Of a stretch of 64,000 nucleotides of DNA, positions 54,811 through 64,000 are shown in pieces. The stretch spans positions 49,910,001-49,974,000 of the forward strand of contig OX597819.1 of NCBI GenBank assembly GCA_951406725.2, given 5' to 3'. How positions within the stretch are numbered: position 1 is the first letter of the stretch; the number at the start of each line of letters is the position of its first letter. The translations under genes and the position numbers were made by a program. Under the pieces are notes generated by a model. That model had not been told where the DNA came from. It saw nothing but the letters and a program-made list of their open reading frames with translations, and searched no databases. The stretch comes from Octopus vulgaris. Lineage: Eukaryota.

Positions 54811-56483
54811 AAACGTGTTTATTCTTGTTAGGACAGGAGACGAAATAACTGAAGTTTCGGGTCGTTTCCTTAAAGACATCAACTTACTGGGTCTTATTTT
54901 TGGTGTTTACAATTATCCGATAATATTATCCTAAATAGCCTACTTAAACCAACCAATAGAAGGATTTAATGAAAAAGTGTTTTGAGAAGAGACGGAGAGT
55001 GAAAGAGCGATAGGGAGGGAATGAGAGGGAGAACGGGAAAGAGAGGGGATGATAGCGAGAGAAATGGAGAGAGAGTAAGAGATAGCTAGATAGATAGAGT
55101 GAGTGAGAGAGAGGTGGGAATAATAAATATACATTCACACATAGAAAGAGTGGGGAGGAAGAGAGTGGATGTACCAAGAAGAGAAATACTGAAAATAGAC
55201 ATAGTGGAAAAGACAGAATTATAGTAACATAGCGTGGGAGAGAGATCAGGAAAAGGGTAAATTTGTTAAGATATTATCTGAGTCATTATGATCAAACGAA
55301 AACTTATCTTTTTTCTTCGTCTACTGATTCAAAATAAAATATTGTTGAATGCAGACGACAGTTTTATGACACTCTCCCTCCGCAATGGCGACAAGCTACG
55401 CCATTCGGTCTACAAGATCAGGTTGCATACCTCAACATTTACAACGATATCTGGTTTTGCGGCAAATAATTCAAGTGTCAAAGAATGGTGAAAAGACAAG
55501 AGTAGGAATCTTGTTTCTCACTTGTTGGGAGCCATCACATGAATCAAAAAGACAGCCGTGAAGTCTGCTCTTATTTACTTGACTCAGAGATATTTTTTTT
55601 TATTTACGCGCGATGATTTCGATGAGATGCGGGTATGAGGGCAAATACCGTAAGCAGAGCCACAAGTTTCAACTGTCGAACTTTCTTCTAGGGCACAATT
55701 AATTTATTATTGTAATCGCGAGGTTAGTTGAATGGCCGAATTAGTAGAACGGCCGATACAAATACCTTGTGGTATTAAGTTGCATTCCTGTGAGTCCAAA
55801 TCCGTTTTAATTTCGATAAAGTAAGTAAAAAGTTGAGTACGGGTAGGTATGAAATATAATCCGAATAGGAATTCCTCACTCAAATTTTAGCATAAAAAGA
55901 CAGGCATTTTTGTGGGGAAGGACATCCGAAGGGATGAAAGGCATTTTTCAAAAACTATTTTTTTGCATCCTACTGCGTAGCACCTGTGTGTGTTTATGTG
56001 TGTGTGTGTGTATGTGTGTGTGTGTGTGTGTGTGTTTGTGTGAGTGAGTGTGTGCTTGTGTGTGCGTGTGTGTGTGCGCTTGTGTGTATTTGCATGTGTT
56101 TGTGTATGTTTGTGTATATGTGCGTGCGTGCGTTTGTGTGTGTGTGTGTTTATGTGTGTGTGTATGTATGTTTATGTGTATGTATGTGTATTTGTGTGTA
56201 CTTGTATGTGTGCGTGTGTATGTGTGAATGTGTGCGTGTATGCTTGTGTGTTTGTATGTGTGTGCATATTTGTTTGTATGTGTGTGCATATGCGTGTATG
56301 TGTGTATATATGTGCGTGTGTGTCATGACTTACGTTTCGCGTCTACGTGCTCGTTCAGACGCACCATGGGATAGCATGTGAACGCGAAACTTGAATCATG
56401 GCATACGGCTTCATCCGGAAAAATATAATAATCACATTCTACAAACGTATTGTGTACGTTTTCTCTTATCCTCTATACAGAAA

Positions 56484-56566
<83 letters not shown>

Positions 56567-57273
56567 TGTATGTATGTATGTATGTATGTATGCATGCATG
56601 TATGTATTTTGTGTGTATTCAGATACGTAAATTTATATTAAATTGCTTGAATGACAGAGCCTACAAAATACAAACAAATGTAAGATGTGCGTCCTGTGTT
56701 ATTGTATACGCATCTGTACACACACACACATAAGCAGTACGCACGCACACATTCACATAAACACCTACATATACACATGCATTCGTATGTAATACATACA
56801 TACATACATACATACATACATACATACACACACATACATACATACATACATACATACATACTTACACATATACATTCATTCATAAAGCACGTGCTTTTCA
56901 ACACAAACATGATTTGTGTACGTTTAACCAATAAATGTTATAATAGTTATAATCACCCCGAGAAATATCATTTCAGTCATTTGTAAAAGAAATAGAATTG
57001 TTTGTGATGTTGGTTTTTTCCAACATGCCCGCTGGCCATCTTTATTTAAGCAAATAATTGTTTGAAATTTCTATAGATGTAAGATTTTCTTTTAATTTCT
57101 CTCATATTGTATTTTAATCATTGCTTCGATTCGTTTCTATATTCCGATTCTTTCCTCTCTCACTCTTTTTTTTTTTTTTCGGTTTTTGTCATTTTTTGTT
57201 GTTGTTGTTGTACATTGTGTATGCATGTGTGTGAGCGTTTCTGTCTGTGTGTGTGTATGTATGTATGTATGTG

Positions 57274-57315
<42 letters not shown>

Positions 57316-57398
57316 AATATCTTTACTTTCGTACTCGTATATAATTTCGTTCACAGGAACAATTCCGCACAAAATAATTGATAAAAAGAGAAACATTC

Positions 57399-57464
<66 letters not shown>

Positions 57465-57564
57465 CACGAGCAAGCTGTTCCGTTGATGGAATCAACTGGA
57501 ACCCTCGTCGTCGCAATCGACGGAGTGCCAGTTACACACACACAGACACACACACACACATACA

Positions 57565-57611
<47 letters not shown>

Positions 57612-57699
57612 GCACACACACACACACATTTATATATATATAAATTTATATATACATGCAAATACATATGTCGGTGTATATGTGCATTCACATACTCAC

Positions 57700-57942
<243 letters not shown>

Positions 57943-58127
57943 ACTGCGACGTTACCAGGATGGAAGGATAAAAACTTGAAATAGAAAAAGTTGTGTAGAA
58001 AGAGTTAGAGGGAGAGAGAGTGATCGAGAGAGGAAGTGGGAGAGAGGGAAAGAGAAAGTGGAGAAAATGAGAGAAAAGAAAAGAGGAATAAAAGGTAGAG
58101 GAAGGAAATATGTGAATGAATGTATAT

Positions 58128-58190
<63 letters not shown>

Positions 58191-58859
58191 GGAACAATTA
58201 CGGAATAGGGGGCATTAAAACATTCGAACAGATAGACAACACAGGGGAGGACAAGAGAAATAACAATTAGGACAGGCGAAAAGAAGACGGGTCATTCTTG
58301 GCTTTCTTTCTTCAGTCAAGTACCAGAAGTCACGACCATTTCGGACAGTTACACTTGAGATGGTTCGATCTGGTTGTCCCCCACCCCAAAGTCTTTCGAG
58401 TCAGAACGATACAAAATGAGCTGGCGTGTATGAAGCGAAAACCTAAAGGCAGGAACATGGGAGATGGACACAAGACGTGTTGACAGCAGCTTCAATATTC
58501 TTAATATTATTTTCAAAGCCCTTGGAAACTGCTCCTAATGCTCCAATTAACATGTTTCAGATTTTGGTACAAGTCAACGATTTTAAGCACGTGTATGTGG
58601 TGGAGGTAATTAATTACATTGACCTCAGGGTTCAACTGGTACTTGATTTATCGAACATGGTTGGCAGCCAGGCCAAGAAGTTCCATTTCAGATGATTGTA
58701 ACAACGGTAAAAAAAATATCAATGTTAATTTGTTGATGCATTTGCGCAAGACTATGTCTGTATTATCAGACAATTGAAAAAAAAAAAAAAAAACTCTGTA
58801 AAACTCACGTACAAATTCTTCATGGTTCAAAACGTTGCTTACTTTTTTACTCAACCTGA

Positions 58860-59549
58860 TAGTAGCGAGTTCGATTCCCGGACCGGGCTGTGTGTTTTGT
58901 TCTTGAGCAAGACACTTTATTTCCTGTTGCTCCTGTTCACTTAACTGTAGAAATGAATTGTAACATCAATGGTTGCCAAGCTGTATCGGCCTTTGCTTTT
59001 CCCTAAGATTGGTGGCGTGGGGACAGAGGAGTTTGGTATGCATGGGCGACTGCTGGCCTTCCATAAACAACCTTGCCCAGATTCATGCCTCGAGGGTAAC
59101 TTCCTTGGTGCAATCCCATGGTCATTCATGACCGAAGTGGGGTTTTACCTTATTATTAAGGCGCGTGTCTTATTGGTTAGAGTATTCAACTAGCGATAGC
59201 AAGGTCGTGAGATCGATTCCAGACTGTGCTGCTGCGTCCTTGCGCAAGACACTTTATTTCACGTTGCTCCAGTCCACTCAGCTGGCAGTAATGAATTGTA
59301 CCTGTAATTCAAAGGGCCAGCCATGTCACATTCTCTGTCACGCAGAATTTCTCTGAATCGGAAACACGCCGGGCAGAATGATTAGCAGCATTTCGTCTGT
59401 CCTTACGTTCTGAGTTCAAATTTCCACCATGGTCGACTTTGCCTTTCATCCTTTCGTGGTCGATAAGATAAGTACCAGTCGAATACTGGGGTCGATGTAA
59501 TCGACTAGTCTCTTCACTCCAGATTTCAGGCCTTGTGCCTCTAATAGAA

Positions 59550-59550
<1 letters not shown>
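58860..59550 (+). mobile_element. Two family C-type SINEs (58860-59145, 59160-59357) and a family B SINE (59365-59550)
   Basis: gttcgattcc B-box plus ttgagcaagacactttatttc motif twice, then the family B body. Confidence 0.72.
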
Positions 59551-59597
<47 letters not shown>

Positions 59598-59757
59598 TCA
59601 AGTAGTGCCTTCTCCTGTGACTCAAAGAGAAAATCCTTAGAATGCGCGCTATACCCAACAATGCTGTCTTCTGGATCATCTCGAGCCTGACAGCAGCTTC
59701 AATATTCTTAATATGATTTTCAAAGCCCTTGGAAACTGCTCTTAATGCTCCAATTAT
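59598..59757 (-). mobile_element. 3' stub of an R4/Dong-like retrotransposon inserted in (TAA)n
   Basis: Minus strand: IIGALRAVSKGFENHIKNIEAAVRLEMIQKTALLGIARILRIFSL, flanked on both sides by (ATT)n. Confidence 0.78.
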
Positions 59758-59772
59758 CATTCATTATTATTA

Positions 59773-59888
<116 letters not shown>

Positions 59889-59889
59889 A

Positions 59890-60520
59890 GGGAGGCAACA
59901 AGCTGGTCACGCCACGCGGTGCAAAATGCTGAGCAGCATTTCGTCCGTCCTTACGTTCTGAGTTCAAATTCTGCCGAGGTTGACTCTGCCTTTCCATCCC
60001 TTTCGAGTTCGATAAAGTAAGTACCAGTTGAACCCTGAGGTCAATGTAATTAATTACCTCCACCACATACACGCGCTTAAAATCGTCGACTTGTACCAAA
60101 ATCTGAAACAATTTACAATTATTATTTTCTCTGTCGTAGTGGATTGGCTGAACCGTTAAAGCAGCGCTCAAAATGCTTGAAGGTATTTGTTCTGAGTTCA
60201 AATTCGTGTCTGTGACGTACTCAGCCCCTAGCACGTTAATTTCACGAGCAGGTTGTTCCGTTGAACGACTCAACCGGAACCCTCGTCGTCGTCGTAACCG
60301 GCGGAGTGTCTCCTCTTATAGTTAAGGCGGCGAGCTTTGGCAGAATCGTTAGAACGCCGGGCAAAATGCTTAAGTACCTGGTGAGCCCTGAGGCTTATGT
60401 TCTGAGTTCAAATTCTGCCGAATTTAGTTTTGTCTTTCAACCTCGGCAATCGACAACAATAATATCCAGTCACTAAATGAGGTCGATATCATCGACTTTT
60501 CCTCTCCACATCAAATGTCC
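59890..60520 (+). mobile_element. Diverged family B SINE copies and a family C tail piece
   Basis: Family B modules at 59890-60110 and 60325-60520. Confidence 0.65.
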
Positions 60521-60608
60521 TCACCTTATTCTTATATTAAAAGTCCCTTCCTTCCCCTCCTCCTCCTCTCCTCCTCCTTCCCCCTCCTCCCCTCCCACCA
60601 CCACCACC

Positions 60609-60691
<83 letters not shown>

Positions 60692-61078
60692 ATTTTCTGC
60701 TGTTACTGCTGCGACTCGCGCTGCTGCCTGTCATATTTATGCAATAAACACCGTAACCTGTGTCACTTATGAATGAGAAGTTCACTTCGCAATGACGTGA
60801 ATCCGAATTCCATAAGACTTCGTGGCACCTTAGGCCAGTCTCTTCTACCAAAACATTGGAATAAACCCAAAACATTGCGAGTAAAATGAGATAGAAGGAA
60901 ACGGTAAAAAGTCTGTTGGATGGAATGTTTCTGGTCTGGAGTGGTGGACTCACTCCGTTGCCAGATTTAACACCACCACCACCATCGCCACCACCACAAG
61001 CTGCACGTAGCTCTTGTGTATCAGAGAACAAAAGATGAAGACAAGTGTATTAGTTTAACGCTTGGGATGAATAGAAAA

Positions 61079-61117
61079 GTCTTTGACGTTTCGAGCCTAC
61101 GCTTTTCGACAAAACGG
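61079..61117 (-). ncRNA. Minimal HHR-like motif, same family as 49282
   Basis: Minus strand: cgtt TTGTCGA A AAGC-GTAG-GCTC GAAA CG TC AAAGAC. Confidence 0.45.
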
Positions 61118-61199
61118 ATTGGGAGGTGGGGAATGGATATATGTGTGTGTGTGTGTGTGTATGTGTGTGTGTGTGTGTGTGTATGTGTGTGTGTGTGCG

Positions 61200-61410
61200 C
61201 GTGTTTGTGTTTACCCTCCCACCATATGACAACCGGTATTGGTTTGTTCACGACCTTGTAACTTTGTGGTTCAGCAAAGAAACCGTTATTATATGAGCTA
61301 CACTTAAAAAGAAAAAAAAATGCTTAAAGTACTGGGGGTCGATTTCATCGACCAAAACCCTTCAAAGCGATGCTCCAGCATGGTCACAGTCTAATATCAG
61401 AAACACATAA
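61200..61410 (+). mobile_element. SINE family A, 3' half, diverged
   Basis: gacaaccggtattggt...gtactgggggtcgatt...gcgatgctccagcatggtcacagtc. Confidence 0.7.
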
Positions 61411-61629
61411 AATTTAAAAAACCGTAAATATAGAAATAGCGAAAAAAAAAAATTACAATAAACAAATAAAAATACTACCACATTAACTATGTAGAAAATG
61501 ATGCCACATCCGCAGGTGCCACATGATAAACAGCTTAAGTTTTACCATCACCCTAATACTTACAGCCCTTATAATCACCGACACAATCCCCTTCATCAAC
61601 GTCACGGCAGCATCATCAGTATCTGAGTA

Positions 61630-62580
61630 CCACCATCACCACCACCACCACCACCACCACCACCACCACCACCACCACCACCACCACCTATTCTCCCCAC
61701 CTCTCTATCTACACCCCACCATCACCCCCCACCACTACCCTCCCTAACAATCCCTTCAACTGATACCACTACCACATCCATTACCACCACCACCACCACC
61801 ATCACGATCATTACTACTATCACAACCATTACCATCTCTACCACCACAACCATCTCTACTACCACTACCACAACCACTACAACCACCAGCACCATAATCA
61901 CCACCAGAATACCTCACCAACAACCCCTACAACCGATACCACTACCACCTTCACCATTAACACCATCACCATCATCACAATCGCTACTACTACCACCACC
62001 ACCACCATCACCACTACCATCTGTGCTACCACAACCACAACCACTCCAACCACTACCACAACCACCACCACCGTTACCACCTCCACGGCTATTAAACTAC
62101 CATCTCCATCATCACTGTGGCCTTGATTACAGCACGGCTGCCATCACGCACCACTAAGACCACACCAGCCACGCCATCATCATTATCACTACAAAGACAA
62201 CCACCACCACCACCACCATCATCATCATCTCAATAAATACCGACAATACAACCATCACATCACTATTACAACCACCACCATCACCACCATCACCACCACC
62301 ACCACCACCACCACCACCACCTCCACTACTACTTCTTCCACGCTCCCCCCATCGACGGCGCCGTCACCATTCATCATGACCACTCTTACTCTGAATTCTT
62401 TGACCACCCCCACCAACACCAACACCAACACCATCGTCCCAATGACCAGCATCACCACCACAGCCACCACCACCACCACCATCATCACCACCACTATCAT
62501 TATCATCATCACGGTGACCACTTTTATCACAGCCACTACTCCCCACCACGGCCACCACCACCACCACCACCACCACCGCC
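61630..62580. repeat. Degenerate (CCA/TCA/CTA)n low-complexity tract
   Basis: Direct reading. Confidence 0.92.
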
Positions 62581-62782
62581 TATTCTCCATCTACATCGCA
62601 CCCGTCTGGGTAAATTCTTTGTATTTATCCCAACTTCGTTATGTCTGCCGGTCTGGCACAAGATCAAAGGAAAAGAGTGCGCGCGCGTAATTGTGTGTGT
62701 GTGTCTGCGTGAATAAGTATAAGTACGTGCCGTTGGTGTTCGCATATAAGTATATATATATATGTTTGTATGTGCCTCTGTG

Positions 62783-62822
<40 letters not shown>

Positions 62823-62829
62823 CGCGTGC

Positions 62830-62879
<50 letters not shown>

Positions 62880-63329
62880 GTGCGTGTGCGTGTGCGTGTA
62901 TTGGCGTAAATAGGAAAGGGAATCAGCTTATAGAGTGTCAAAAGGTCAGAAAATGATCACTTTTCGTTCTTTGACTTCACTGATTTCCTTTCTGAAGTCA
63001 AAATAGTCTCCGCTCAGTTGTATCTCTCTGCTTTCTACCTCAATGTAATACGTACATACATATAATTTATGCTCATATATATATCCATATATATATATCT
63101 ACATATATGTGTGTGTGTATGTATGTGCGTGTGCATGTGTGTTATAATATATAATATATAATATATATATATATATATGCCTGTGAGCGTATGTTGATGT
63201 ATGTGAGAGTGGTGTAGAGTGTGTATAAAGAGAATAATGGGTGAGGTCTGAGCGGGAGTGTGCAAATATGCCTCTCTGTGTATGTGCACGTGTGTTGTTG
63301 GTATAGTGCTAAGACGTGTGTGCGTATTA

Positions 63330-63378
<49 letters not shown>

Positions 63379-63658
63379 CATACATATTTATATACAGACA
63401 TATATATATATACACATATATATATCCATATATATATATATATATATTATATATATGTATATATATATATATATAATAGAGAGAGAGAGAGAGAGAGAGA
63501 GAGATTTCATATGAAGTTAGTATGTAATCATATATAATTACATACATCATTTTTCTCTCCCTCTGTCTTGGCATCCGTCTCTCTTTCTTTCTCTCACTCT
63601 CTCTTTGCATACATATACACACAGACATACACACGCACATACATATTTATACATGCAT

Positions 63659-63693
<35 letters not shown>

Positions 63694-64000
63694 AATATAT
63701 ATGTATAACCGCATTCATACATATATACACATGTATTTATGTATACTTACACACAGAAATACAACCAAACATCCACTCACATAAATACGCACACACACAC
63801 ACACACACCCATACTTAAGCATGAAACCGCATGCGCGTGCACGCTCACATACACACACGCACACATACGCACACGCACACATACGCACACGCACACACAA
63901 TCATATATCTATACAAAAATCAATATTAGCACCTGAGAGGCCCTTTTAAATTGCTGTATCACAGTTGAACCGGCCTAGTAGAAGTTCTGTAAATATACAG

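Overview
AT-rich, microsatellite-saturated eukaryotic DNA. The SINE families and repeat landscape look like a coleoid cephalopod, most likely an octopus; this is inferred from pattern recognition, not from a search. No intact protein-coding gene is supported, and nearly all ORFs in the supplied track are (TA)n/(CA)n/(TATG)n/(ATT)n/(CCA)n read-throughs. The window is a transposon graveyard. It holds a decayed full-length mariner (4335-5595), a Tc1 fragment, non-autonomous Helitrons (one a head-to-tail dimer), hAT-like MITEs, and remnants of RTE, CR1/L2-like, R4/Dong-like and CRE-like non-LTR retrotransposons. It also holds dozens of copies of three tRNA-derived SINE families, some nested with clear TSDs. 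The most striking signal is about a dozen type I hammerhead-ribozyme (HHR) motifs: stem I / CUGAnGA / stem II / GAAA / palindromic stem III / UH. They lie in at least 8-9 apparently unrelated non-coding repeats, several with the direct-plus-inverted repeat architecture of Penelope-like/retrozyme elements. Recurring core variants include UUGAnAA, (C/U)UGUyGA and very long stem II insertions. Other points of note are a LINE 3' end sharing a co-varying hairpin with the dominant SINE, a 730-bp near-perfect palindrome, local templated rearrangements, and one candidate signal-peptide exon with a GC donor. Repeat boundaries are by eye and approximate.
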